In this document: positions 12,511 to 25,364 of the stretch, in pieces | Layout: every line of letters starts with the position of its first letter | Numbering within the stretch: position 1 is the first letter of the stretch | Origin: Entomortierella parvispora E1425 | Taxonomy: Eukaryota; Fungi; Mortierellomycota | Length of the DNA stretch: 64,000 bases | Direction: 5' to 3' | Assembly (NCBI GenBank): GCA_020891255.1 | Contig: BQFW01000005.1 | Span: 1,054,001 to 1,118,000 of the forward strand | Made by a program: the position numbers and the translations under genes | The notes under the pieces: generated by a model | Told to the model about the DNA's origin: nothing | What the model saw: only the letters and a program-made list of their open reading frames with translations | Database searches by the model: none

Positions 12511-14462
12511 TCACAACCTGCTCTCCTGCAACATCTGCACGATTCCGCGATGGTGACCCATGGCCGATTGCCAGGAACGAGCACTCGATACCGAGTCAGA
12601 ACCTGAAAAGGACATAAATGAATCCCCTTCGTGATCAGAGAAGGTATCACTAAAGTCGCTCAAAAGTTCCTCCTGGTCGTGGTCGTCCTCATCGTCGCCT
12701 TCGTCCTGTTCCTCGGGCTCACTCGAGATATTGTCATCAGCCGATGGATCTTCCAGGTGGCTGTCGGCGATCGCACCAAACACAAAACCAGAAGGGATCT
12801 CAAAATCGTCCCCAGCAGCAAGAGCCTGTTCAAACGTGCCTATGACCACGGTGTCGACCTGCGGAATGCTTATGCTGTGATCGTCCATATCCTCCTCATC
12901 CTCACTGTCAGCTCCAGTTTCGTCTTCACTCTCCCGTTCCTCCGCCCCTTCATCCTCCTCATCCTCTTCCGTGAGGCTGTCTGCGAACTGATCATCGCCT
13001 TCCACCTCGACGACTTCAGGGACACCATATTCCTTGGCCATCCACTGAACCCGCTCTCGGATCTCGGCCAGAGCCTCCTCATCCAATCGACAGTAGGTAA
13101 TGTCCAGTCGTCGGAACAACGCCTTGTTGGTCAACTTGTCCAAAAATTCCAGCAGTCCCGACTTTGTTACTTGATCGCATCCCAAAATACAGAGGTCGCA
13201 GAGCTCAGTCGATTTTTCGGCCAAGTAGACCAGGGAAGCATCAGTGATCTGGGTATTGGCGATCGAGAGCCATCGCAAGTGAGGAAGAGCATCGACAAGA
13301 CTCTTTAGATTCGCATCTGTGAATTCCGGAAAGACGTTGCCAATATCCAGGTCCATCAGGTGTACCATCTTGGAGATGAAGGGGTGAAACTCTTGGAACG
13401 AGTCTGCCAAGATACTGTTCATGTGGAGCTCCTGGAGGTTCGGACATGCCTCTGGCAAAGGCATGAATTGCTGAGGCGTGAAGGGTGAATCAATGTTGTT
13501 GAGAATCAATCGGCTCATTCTAGGGAATCGTCCTGTGGATGGCGTGGTCGAGTCTGAAGCTGTTGATAGCGCCTGGATCATCACCTGAGTGCAATCTGTT
13601 TCTGTGAGGTCCAGCTTGCAGAGTTGGCGGCAGTGGTCAAGGATGGGGATGACCACGTCGTTCGTCACGCCCGAGGTATACTCTAGATTCAGTGACTCTA
13701 GGTTGGTGCACAGAGGGATATAGTCTTCAAGTCCTGCGTTCTCAAGTTCGCAGATCGATAGAGTAAGTCGCTTCAGCGATCGTCCATGTCTCTCCCCGAG
13801 CGCCTTTAGGATGTCGTTTGTTTCAAAAATGTTGGTGCCGTGGATGACCTTGAACTGGCAAAGAGAATCCTGCTTTTGGGCCAAAATGACGTTGGCGACA
13901 GCAGGGATCGAGACCTGCCTCATCATAGCGCCAGGCAGTCGGAGATATGAAAGCGAACGGACAGTTTCTGCAAGAGCCACAAAGAACTCGTCGTTGAGTT
14001 CCTGACAGTCTTTGAGGTCAATCCAGGTCAAGGAAGGAAAGTGTCGGATGGCGTAGATCAAAGTGTCGACATGGACCATGAAGGAGGAGCAAAAGACTTC
14101 GACGGAAGTGCAGCGACTTGAAACCTTGCGAACAAGGCGGTTGAAACAGTGTTCCTGGCGAATCAAAGACGGCTCGGATCCGAGGGGGGTGTCGTCGTCC
14201 AATTCCAAAGCCCGCTCTCGAGCCTGGTGACTCCGCCACTGCAAACAAAAGACAGACCAGTCCTGAATAAGACAGGCAAACCACTGTCGACCATCCGTGC
14301 GAGAGCGGAGCGGAGCAAGAGAGAGGGAGAGGGACCAAGCGCAGATCGGGGAGAGAGAGAGATAAAGAAAGAGAGAGAGAGAACAGACGTTGGTTAAAAT
14401 GGACCCTTGGACTCTTTTAAATTAAAAGGGGACGAGGGCCAAGGGGCAGAACGGGGCATGGA

Positions 14463-14496
<34 letters not shown>

Positions 14497-15285
14497 GTCT
14501 GGAGTTCTGATCCATGACGACAGACAACTCCAAACGGACAGAACATCAAGTGATCGGGCAACAGACAGCATAGCATGGCATGGCATGGCAAGGTACACAT
14601 ACCGGACAAGAGACCCGGTTCAAATACGAGATGTAGTCGTAGCTACAGCTGTGGTCATGCAGCAGAGACTCGTCCAGGGTGCGCTTCAACAGCAGCTGCG
14701 ACAGGATCTCTGGCCGTCGGTCCTGCGGTGCAAGCGTGAGCAGGGCCCCCAGGGTGTGCTGAAGGTACGTTGCCATCGACGTATTCTTGCCCGAGGGACC
14801 GGCAGCCTCGCTTCCAGGGACTGCCACCATGAGCTCGGACTGGTCGGTCAAGCCAGAGTCCAGTGGACTTTCCCCAGTAGGGGCAGGGGCGGTGGTTGCG
14901 GGCACTGTGGTTCTTTCTGTTGATGGCACAGGACTGGCAGATGCAAGCGACCACAAGATGTCCAAGTCCTGGTCAATGCGCATGTGCTCAGCCTTGTAGA
15001 GGTACTCGACCGCAGCTTGGGACCAAGCACGGGAGACGAGCAGACAGGCATGTAGGGCTTGGCGACTATCCCGAAGTTGATGGGCAATGAGTTTAACAAT
15101 TTCTATGGATGCGAGGGAGGGTAAAAAAAAGGAAAGAGATCAGCCATGCTGTGCTTTTGTGCCTTGCTGATCAGCTTGACCCAGGAAAAAAACAGAAACG
15201 ATGTGGTACCAGTTGGAAGGGGGACCTGAGTCCTGGTGGTGGTTCTCATGCCAGCAGGAGTGGCAACTGCGGGGATGGATGCCAT
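12511..15285 (-). CDS. F-box/leucine-rich repeat protein with acidic C-terminal tail, at least 2 introns
   Basis: Spliced N-terminus reads LPT|EIVKLIAHQLRDSRQALHACLLVSRAW (F-box); cysteine-type LRRs (LTWIDLKDCQEL, LESLNLEYTSGVT, LCDLCILGCDQVT); exon structure between about 14240 and 14600 is uncertain. Confidence 0.8.
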
Positions 15286-16513
15286 GGTAGAAGGAGGGGT
15301 TGCTGGCAACTGTGGCTGCTGAGAGTGTAGCAAGGAGGAGTAGGAGCACCAGGAGGGGTAGAGAGGGGTAGAGAGGGGTAGAGAGGGGCAGGGGATGGCA
15401 AGAGAGAGGCTGAGTGCGAGCGCAGGCAAAAGGAGATAGCGATGATGGAAGAGGGAAAGAGAGATGGAGAGGCACAGAAGAAGAAGAAGAGAAAATATTT
15501 TTTCCATTCGTTTCTGGCAGCGAATGGCCCGAAGGGGCGCATCGGCGGGGTCTGTCTGTCTGTCTGTGTGTGCGGAGAGGGCGGGATGGAGGGTCGGTCT
15601 CAAGGCAGGCTGGCCTTGGAGGAGAGAGGCGCTGTCTTCAATCAGGGTGGCATGGTCAGTCGGGTCAAGGATGAATGTGCAAGAATGCTAGAAAGGTGGT
15701 GCTGCAGTCTAGATCAATCATGTGGCGGGAAGCGACGCGCATCGGAAGGATCTAAGGTCGATGGGGGGTTGGTGCGTGCAGATGGAGATGTGGATGTGAT
15801 GCAAAGATGATGAAAGGAAGGAGCTGGCATTGCATCTGTGTTCTTTGATGGACAGATACCTTCGCCCAGTGGGTGGCGGAGAAGGAAAAAAAATGGACTC
15901 AGTGCACGTGATATTCTTATCACGTGAATTATTTTTTGTCTTCCTGTTCCTGCCGCTGGCTCTGGAGGCACAAGTGGACAAAGAGGTGTCGCTGTGGATC
16001 ATGAAGGTGACTTGCAGGGATGATCAAATAAAAGAACCAGGCCGTCTCAATCGTCTAAACTGGTCAACCAACTTGGGAGGGGTGCTATCTGCATCATTCT
16101 AGCGTAGCAAGCAACCACAGCAACTTTTGAGGCGGACGGAGGCCCCTTCCTCTGATCTTTTTTGCTCTTCAAGCATGCTGCTCACCTGGTGTACCATTGT
16201 CTGGACCCCTGCGCTTAAAAATGCAGGAGCTAGCCAACCTCTGCGGCATCTGCCCAGTCAGTCCTTGAGAGAGTGCTACCATCATCATGATCTCATACTC
16301 GCCCACTCGCACTATATCACCTAAACGCAAAAAAAAAAAAAAAAAAAAAGGAAGCAGGAAGTTCCAACGCGTCCCCGTCGCGTCTTGACTGGCTGAAAGT
16401 GCCAAGCCACGCCACACTGCCACTTTCTGAAAGGCCTCCTTCCCCCAACCTCTTTACATCTCTCTCATTCATTCATTCATTCATTCATTCATTCGCCATT
16501 CGTTTTTTGCAAC

Positions 16514-17461
16514 ATGGAGGCAAATGTACTCGCCCAACAACAACAACAGGAACACCACCAACAACAACAGGAACACCTGCAACAGAAGCAGCCAGTGCTG
16601 CAGCCTCAAGCCTCCTCGACGACCGCTCAGTCTGCTCCGCCTCCAAGGCCAGCGGTGGCCAAGGATGCCATCGCTCTGGCAGACAGGGACAGGGTCCGTT
16701 TGATCAATACCAACCCTGCCCGTACTGCAATGATCCGCCAGGTCATCCAACAGAACTGGAAGCAGGGTATCCACCTTGAGAAACCCATCGGCGAAACAGG
16801 ACATGACTTCAAGCTCAAGGGCATTCCATGGCACTGCGTCGCCGACGATGCAGTGACCGCTAGACGGCTGGTCCTGGCCATGATCCGGGCCATGGCCCAG
16901 ATGGGATGGGTCATGATGGCCAGCGTGGATATCGTGACTATGGGTTGCAACGCGGATACGATGTACTTTGAACTGGAGACTCGAAAGATCATGGACCCTA
17001 CATTGCCCATGGAGCCAGCCGAGATGTTTGCCATGACGTTTGATACTCTCGTGGGGGCTATCCGACTTATCGATGCCTCGCCTATTGTGATCGAGTTGAT
17101 CAAGCAAGCTATCCTGGCCAAATGGTCCAAGGGGTAAGAGTCTCTGAAAGTCTCTATGTTGAGTTAACAGTGTGTTTTTATATTCTCATTGTAACCTTTG
17201 TCTTTCTGTTCTATCTATGTCGGCGACGAACGCAATAGGATTAAAAGCATCAACACATTTGTGGAGGCCACTCAGTTCACGCTAAACGGATCGATACCAC
17301 ACCCATCCTCGAAGCGCGAGATCGAGTTCAAGTTGGTTCTGCTCCAGATCCTGGCCAACCTGAACCCACAGGGCTTCAAGCTCTATGGCTCTGTCGATGT
17401 GCAAAGCAATAATGGGGCAGACATGTGGGTCTTTCGTCGAATTGGACCGGGATGGTCATGA
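16514..17461 (+). CDS. Uncharacterised two-repeat protein (D-R-L-R-L...W..GI...FKL.G.PW family), paralog A, with poly-Q N-terminus
   Basis: Intron 17134-17238 joins KG|IKSINTF in frame; internal duplication (NWKQGI..FKLKGIPW / KWSKGI..FTLNG); clear similarity to the adjacent paralog. Confidence 0.7.
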
Positions 17462-17658
17462 AAAGTCGAAACTACTGTGAAAATAAAAGCCCTAAAGTGT
17501 TTTAAGTTTGCATTAGCGCCGCATGTTTGTTGATGGAGATGACATGGGGCAGTGCAGACGGAGCTCTTTACCAGGGGTTTATCGCTTCATGCATTCGGCC
17601 TTTTGTCTCATTCCGCTCATTCCCACATTCGCAATTCAACGCTTCATTCATCCTACAA

Positions 17659-18572
17659 ATGACTATTCTCGGGAAGGTAGAAGACTCCTCTCGGGCCCCA
17701 ACAGCATACTACCCCAGCGGGCCTGTGCCCGTTCCCAATCGGTTTTGCTGCATCATCCTCTCCAGTGATGACCGTCTGCGCCTAGTCGGAACCCCGCCCG
17801 AGATCTCAGCTCAGCTGCGACCGCTCATCAACCAAACCTGGGGGGAAGGGATCCAAAAGGAATCTGTCTATCAAACAAACGCACACGAGTTCAAGTTGAT
17901 CTCCAATCCTTGGAACACGATCGGTCCTGAGGGGGAGATGCCTCAAGCAAGGCGGTTGATCCTGCTCATCCTGCGCCTCATGGCCATCCACGGCTGGAAC
18001 TTGCTCAAAAACATGGATCTGGAGACAAGAGAGACGACCCTGTTTTTTGAATCACCTGCAACGTTGCCGCGCCCTCCGCCGGGGGCACCTCTACCACCCG
18101 ATATGCATCAATTCTTTGCAATCAGCTTTGACAGGGACGATCTGATTCGGATCTTGGACGCCCCTATCATGTTGGAACCGGTTCTGCACGCGTTGAGGAA
18201 GCATTGGCCTTTAGGGTAAGTATACAACATTGTCACAAAAGACAGGTGAGAGAAGGGAAGAGATCCATATTACTGCAACTCTAACTGTGCACCGATTTGC
18301 TGTCGGATCAAACAAACGGAACCAAAAAAAAAAAAAAAAGAGTTCAACAGACAGGCATCTACGAGGGGATGATCCAGATCAAGGTCAAGGGCTCTCCTTG
18401 GAGCACAACGGATCACTATGTTCAGATACGGCAGGCAATTCTCCAGCTTCTTTTGAACATTGAGTCAATGGGCTTTAAAGTTTACGCGACCATTGACCCA
18501 GTCTTGGGTACAAACGGGCAGGTGGCGGACACCATGTATTTTCGAAAGATGGGACCCAGTTGGTGTCCGTAG
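17659..18572 (+). CDS. Uncharacterised two-repeat protein, paralog B
   Basis: SSDDRLRLVG...TWGEGIQKE...EFKLISNPW, repeated as HWPLG|VQQTG...IKVKGSPW; intron 18216-18340 at the same position as in paralog A. Confidence 0.7.
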
Positions 18573-18609
18573 GCAAGTAGGACGAACCAACTAAAATAAA
18601 AAGATTCTT

Positions 18610-21600
18610 TTATGGAGAGTCATCATGGACTATGACACTGATTTTCGGTAGTCTCAGACGCAGTTCCGTCTCGAGCGGGGCGCGTCTTTCATAATTTGCA
18701 GCAGGTGTTTTTCGAATATCCAATTCGCTCAAGGGAAGATTCGTTGGATTGGGTATTTTGCGAACTAGGGCCTTCATCTCTGCCGGTCCAAAGTTGGTAG
18801 CCTTAAAGCTTAGGGCTTCAATCCTCCTGAGATCCAACCCAGTCAGGATCTGTTCCCATTCCCTAGGAGAAAACCTACAATGGCAAACTGACACCGACCG
18901 GAGTGGTGGAAGGTCGGAGGTTGTTGGTGCAGAGACGAGCCGAAGGATCTTATCAACTGCTTGACTCGTAACGCTTGTTTCGTCCAGGAAGTCAACCGCT
19001 AGATGCTGGAGTTTCATCAACTGAGCTCGGTCAATTGTTTCTTCAGAAAGCAAGGCCGAGGATCCTCTTCCATTAAGACTCAGGTTCGTTATCCGTGTAC
19101 CGTAAAGTTCGATGAAACGTTTAACTATTGTTTGTTTGTCTTGGCTCTCGAAGGACGTAGGCGATAGCGCAAATGTTTCTAATCCGAGGGAACAATCAAG
19201 GACTCTCTGAAATTGCTCAACTCCATCATCGATAGAGAGTCCAGAGCAATCCACGCTAAGTACGCTGAGCTCAGGAGAGTCGTTCGCTATGGATGTAATA
19301 TACGCCTGAAGCAGAGCATCATCCATGGAGGAATTGAGGATCAAAAGCCTGACGTACGACCCGTAGAGTTGAAAGAACTCTCCCAAGTGGCTGTTCTTGT
19401 CTTTCCCATTGCAGTTGGCTGTCATCTCCACCTCAATATCATTGTGGACAATCTTGTGTCCTTGAAAACTAGCTTTCATCCACACAGTGTGTTCGTCCTT
19501 GAGGGATCGCAGATGAATATGTCGCACATTGTCGGTTACTCCATTTGAATTGATTTCTTTTTTGAACTCTTTTTCCAAGAACTTGGCAAGTGGTCCAAAC
19601 TGCCGTAGAGGCAACTGAAGGTGGATAGTCTGCAGTTTCGGGCTAGCTTGAATAAGAGAATCCAGTCTATCGTGGAATACTTGGTCGAGTTCATTCTGAT
19701 TGTCGAGTCGGAGCCTTGTAAGATAAAGTAAGGTGCTGGAGTCCAGTAATGGAATTCCATCCCTAGCATGGATCTCGATAATGTATGTAGTGATCCCGTT
19801 GTCATTCTTGGAGAAGCGCAGGATGGTGCTGTTTTTGTCATCCAGATCTGTCACTGTTAAACGTTGGAGGCAAGGAAGAGTCTCACATATAGCTTCCCGG
19901 AGTTTAGTCTTGTATGTGGTTTTGATCGTGAGATATAAGAGCGCACGACAATGAGTAAGGACCTTGATGAGCTCCGATTGCTGTTCTGATTCAAGATCAC
20001 ATTGAAGGTCCAAGGACTTGAACCAAATTGGGCATACCACGCGTTTACGCATGGAAATATTCTTGAAAAAATCTTTGAACCCGATCACCTGCAGGGTTTG
20101 ACATCGATCGTTGCTCATGACATCAAAAACCGAGCTGCTCCATGACCCTGTCTTTTTCCCTGCAAGTTTTCCATCCAGACAGATAATGGGGGTGCTGCTC
20201 TTCTCAAGAGTTTTTATCAGTGCCTCGAAATCTCGTTGCGTCGTATTCGGTGTCAGAGTGGCGACGACTTTTGTAATCCCTGGCGCCTGTTCCAAGGCCT
20301 TGTACAACTGACTGGTGGTTTCCACGGGCAGAACTGGAATACGAAGCTCGCCTGTCGCTCGATGAAAATATGTCAGATATTTGCCATGCTTCCGTACAAC
20401 CTCCTCCAAAAAATTGACGCGTTGTTCGCCTTTTTTTGATAGTGGGGCGTGGTCCCGGCAGAGCCACCTAAGGTGCCCAGTTCTAGGGCAGAAGGTTGCT
20501 ATCAAATATCCGTTCTCTTTGTGAGTATCCAACTTGTTCAGAAATTCCGCAAATTGCTTGTACTCGCTATCGTCAAAAAGGAAAAGCTCGTTTAAATCTG
20601 TCGTATGGTCCCAGCTCTTCAGCTCTTGCTCAACACTCATAGTTTTGACGACGTATTCCATGGCGGATAGAAACGGCTCACTAAAGCTGGGGTTGTTGTA
20701 GTTCATGCAGGCCTGAACAGTCGAGTACCATGCCGATTGACCGATGGAGGCCAGACCTGGAACCACTATGCCGGCGAGCATGACGCTGCAGCGTAAGAAC
20801 AGCATGACATTCTGTACATAAGAATGGTGTTTCTGGAAAAATTCTGGGGCCTTGACAATTCTGTATCCGGGATGATTGGATAGGTGTATCATGAGCGCAT
20901 CGTCCTTGGCCACAGTATCTTTGTTTAGCGAAGGTCTTCGATCTGAAATACGTGTTGATTGCAGTTCCATAGGGCAACTCCCTGAGTCATTGTCGCAGCT
21001 GTAGAACCCTTGAGTATTTACGTCGTCGTCATCAACATGATGATAAATGCCACATTCGCAGAGTAGATACATCTGGAGAGTCTCCCGAAAGATATTTTTC
21101 TTTCGTAGGCGAAGGTAAAAGTAACGAGGTACGGGATAAAGCAAGAGCTCCTCCAATTTTGGGGCGGCGATCTTGGCAGCATCAGCGGGATGACCCCTGA
21201 TAAATGCCATATTTTCGGCAATTTCTGTCCTGAGTATATCGGCGTTGGTGCTGTTTTGCTCCATAATTTCATGGAGAAGTGCCCTTGTTCTCTGCTCCAT
21301 GAATTTCAAAACCTCTGTCAACGAACCATCTCGCTCGAGGTCCAGGCCTGTTTTTTTGATCAATTTAAGCATGAGGACATCTTTAGTGTATGGGATCCTC
21401 AGAGGCTCATACCTATGACAAGTGAGGTCATAGTGGGTGTCAGATAGATCTCGCATCAGTTCGAAAGCGATAAACCACATAGTATAAGCCTGAGTTGTGA
21501 TCTTACAGCACACCGTCAACACGCAAAAAGTCCACGCTGATGTTATCGGATGTAGTGACGGAGCGTACAGTGTAGCCCCTGCAGTGCGCTTCGATCATAT

Positions 21601-21736
21601 CCATTGCAACATATGGAGTTCTTTGGGTGCTGTCCCATGCTGTTTTCATAATGAAAAAGTCGTTGCCATCCCCGCTTATCTGCAGTCTTTGTGATGGTAG
21701 TGAATCTTGAGAGGAGTCGTGGACTGGCGGGGTCAT
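18610..21736 (-). CDS. Large RNI-like/LRR protein of a Mortierellaceae-type expanded family, 1 intron
   Basis: 970-codon ORF plus 5' exon 21507-21736 joined through intron 21413-21506; YLLCECG...HLSNHPGYRI motif followed by degenerate LRRs. Confidence 0.8.
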
Positions 21737-22170
21737 TGCGGTACAGGGCTGAATGTTAAAGTGTACTTTAGCGAGGAATTATTCTGCCACTGACGTCGAG
21801 GTGGTAACAATGGCACCAGAGGGAAGTGAAGATAGAGAAAAGCAGAGGAGGGAGGGGAGGAAAGGAGAGAGGGCAACGAGGGGAACGAGGGGAACGAGTG
21901 AAGTCAAACTCTGCCCAAATGCTCTCATTCTGATCACAAGATAGTGTTTGAGTTTGCTTCGCCATTCACCTCCAAGGCCTGCTGCCTTTTCCCTCTGCAC
22001 TGACCCATGGCAAAGCAACTTCGACTTGTGACGTGAATGGAACTCATCTTTTGCATCCTTACGCCTTTTTTTTCACCTTTTTTGCTTTTACCATACGTCT
22101 TTCAAGTTCGACAGAACACACACCACTGGTCTTCCCACATTCATCGACAACTAGTCATCCAAATATTTCC

Positions 22171-24965
22171 ATGGACGTGGCCTTGGCTTCTCGTGACTCT
22201 ACTAGTCCAACTGAAGTCAGAAATAACTCCAGTGGCGTCCATGGCGATGATTCTCTGGTCAAGGACGGTCAAGGCGTGATAAGTTTAAGGCTGGAGTTGA
22301 GCAGACCCAAGTAACCACACAATTAGGCAAAGTTGCTCTAAATGAACATTCCTGTGGGGAGCAGTTCCTTAACCAGTTTCCTCTTCTCACGACCTGCTCT
22401 CCAGGTTTTGGAATGATATTGCTATAGGAAATCCAACGGCCCAGAATATTGCCGGACAAATGTATGAGCATGGTCAGGATGTTCCACAATGCTTCGAAAA
22501 AGCAATGGCGTTTTATTGGAAGGCCGCAAATCAAGGACATGCCTCTGCTCAGAACAGCATCGGTATCCTGCACCGTGACGGCAGGGGGGCTCCAAAAAGT
22601 GACTTAATCGCCATAGAATGGTTTTCCAAAGCTGCCGACCAAGGACTCGCCGATGCCCAGTTCAACTTGGGAATGATCTATCGTCGAAACAACGATCGTA
22701 CTGGGGCTATGGAGTGGCTCCAGAAGGCTGCCAACCAAGGACATGGAATCGCTCAGTTCAGTGTTGGCGCAATGTATTATGAAGGATATGGCGTTCCTCA
22801 GGACCTGTCGAAAGCCATGGAGTGGTATATGAAGGCCTCCAGCAAAGGATATGCGATTGCTCAGTTTAGCATTGGCGCAATGTACTATAGTGGTGAGGCC
22901 GTTGACCAGGACCACTCTATTGCGGCTGAATGGTACTTAAAGGCGGCCGTCCAAGGATATGCCGAGGCTCAATTTAACCTCGGCATCTTATACCAACATG
23001 GCAGGGGCGTTTCTCTAGACAATTCCTCAGCGATCATGTGGTACATGAGGGCGGCGGACCAAGGGCTCGTCCAGGCTCAGTATCATGTAGGACTTTTGCA
23101 CCATGTTGGTGGAATTATTTCACAGGACAAATCCAAGGCTGTAGAATGGTATTATAAGGCTGCCAGGCAAGGAGATATTGACGCTCAGTTCAGCCTAGGC
23201 GCAATGTATGATGAAGGCGACGGTATAAATCAGGACTATCAGAATGCATCAGAATGGTATTCGCGAGCGGCAGCCCAGGGGCACGCCACAGCTCAGCACA
23301 ATATTGGGTCTATGTACGAAGCTGGAAAGGGTGTTCCACAGGACTTCCACAAAGCTATGGAGTGGTATCTGAAGGCAGCTGATCAAGGACTGGCCGATTC
23401 CCAGAACAAGATTGGGTCCATGTATGAAACTGGCAAGGGTGTTCCACAGGACTACCAGAAAGCTATGGAGTGGTATCAGAAGGCCGCTGAACAAGGACTG
23501 GCCGATTCCCAGAACAAGATTGGGTCCATGTATGAAACTGGCAAGGGTGTTCCAAAGGACTTCCACAAAGCTATGGAGTGGTATCTGAAGGCAGCTGATC
23601 AAGGACTGGCCGATTCCCAGAACAAGATTGGGTCCATGTATGAAACTGGCAAGGGTGTTCCACAGGACTACCAGAAAGCTATGGAGTGGTATCAAAAGGC
23701 AGCTGATCAAGGACTGGCCGATTCCCAGAACAAGATTGGGTCCATGTATGAAACTGGCAAGGGTGTTCCAAAGGACTTCCACAAAGCTATGGAGTGGTAT
23801 CTGAAGGCAGCTGATCAAGGACTGGCCGATTCCCAGAACAAGATTGGGTCCATGTATGAAACTGGCAAGGGTGTTCCACAGGACTACCAGAAAGCTATGG
23901 AGTGGTATCAAAAGGCAGCTGATCAAGGACTGGCCGATTCCCAGAACAAGATTGGGTCTATGTACGAAGCTGGAAAGGGTGTTCAACAGGACCACCAAAA
24001 AGCTATGGAGTGGTATCAGAAGGCCTCCCAACAAGGGAGCTCCGCTGCCCAGAACAATATTGGGTCCATGTACGAAAATGGCAAGGGTGTTCCACAGGAC
24101 CACCAGAAAGCTCTGGAGTATTATCTGAAGGCCGTCGGACTAGGAGAAGTCGGTGCACAGCGCAAGATAAACAGTATACTCAGTATGGATCAAGGTGACG
24201 AAGGTGTTTCGCATGACTACCAACGAGCCACGGAGCGTTGTCAGAATGTCCCTCTGTCTTACGAAACCGACTGCAGTATCGATTATAATATTCCCCTTGT
24301 CCAAGTCTTTGTGGTTCTTCCTTCAAAGACTCAAAATCGAAGTCGATCTGAACAAGAGAATCAACAGACACAAACATTCAAGATCGAGACGCAGAAGGAC
24401 TTGATTTCAAAGAAAAATGTTATCTACTGGGGCGATCTGATAAAGATGTACGAGAAAGCTCTCCGCCTCCAAAACAAAGACGGTCAACGGATCTCATTCT
24501 TGAAAGACGACAATGGAGTCATGTAAGTCAATTGTCCCCTCCTCCCCCCTCCAAAAAAAAAAGTTCGCTTAATCAATTAACGAAATACTGCTTTGCAGAC
24601 TTGTACCCTTTCGAATAGAATGCAGCGCGGAGCCCATTGAGATTGTCTCAGAAACGCTTGATCTTGATCCAAATTTCAATTTCTTGAGTGATGGACCTAG
24701 GATTGAGCCAGGTAGGAAGCTGTCGGCTGCGACTCGATTTCGCATGAGGTTGAGCCAGACGCCACTTTCACCGTCGTCTGATATTTCGACAAGTACCGAC
24801 AACAAACAATCAAAGCTCCTTCCACTAGTTCAAAGACCGAATTTGCGCTGGAGCGACCCTTCGAGGAATTTCCCAGCTTCAGTAGATAGTGATCATGGCA
24901 AGTTCGTAGAACCAAATGAGGAGGACCTATCTTGTCCAGCAGAAATTTTCCATGGAGATTGCTGA
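22171..24965 (+). CDS. Sel1-like repeat protein (16 repeats) with C-terminal module; start uncertain, 1 intron
   Basis: 36-aa repeats G.A.AQ..LG.MY..G.GV.QD..KA.EWY.KAA.Q; the frame is open from about 22245 but ATG 22171 is in another frame; intron 24523-24598 joins GV|ILVPFRI and the last exon ends at 24965. Confidence 0.85.
23300..24060 (+). repeat. Near-identical 108-bp Sel1 coding repeats with a 216-bp higher-order period
   Basis: Units alternate DFHKAMEWYL / DYQKAMEWYQ and are almost identical at DNA level. Confidence 0.95.
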
Positions 24966-25364
24966 CTTTCCAGCGTCCAAGATAGGTAGTCTATTTAATC
25001 ATTAAATCACACTCGACTTTGGACCACGCCATGGGTTTCGAACCTATCCTTTTTTAGCGTGTACGCCGCCTTTTGGTAATTGCAAGGGCCTTATCACATA
25101 GTCTGTTTTGTTAGCACTGTTCATTCGAGACTTCAAGATGGATGTCATGTCCCCATGAACTCTTTGCCTCTCTCTTGCAACTTCATATCAGAAGCCAAGT
25201 GTAGATCTTGGTCTTCGGAAAAGGGCCAAAAAACTTGAACATGCACAGACAAAGAAAAAAAAAAGCACGTATCCTCTATAATAATATGTATTGCTCCAGG
25301 CCCCTGTGCGATGGCCCTCATGAAATTGCTGCTACTTAGACACTATTGAAATCGGTCAGCCTCT

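Noticed and set aside
12631-13308. 225-aa plus-strand ORF
   Set aside because: Antisense to the acidic tail of the F-box/LRR gene.
23249-24103. 284-aa repetitive minus-strand ORF
   Set aside because: Antisense shadow of the Sel1 repeat array.
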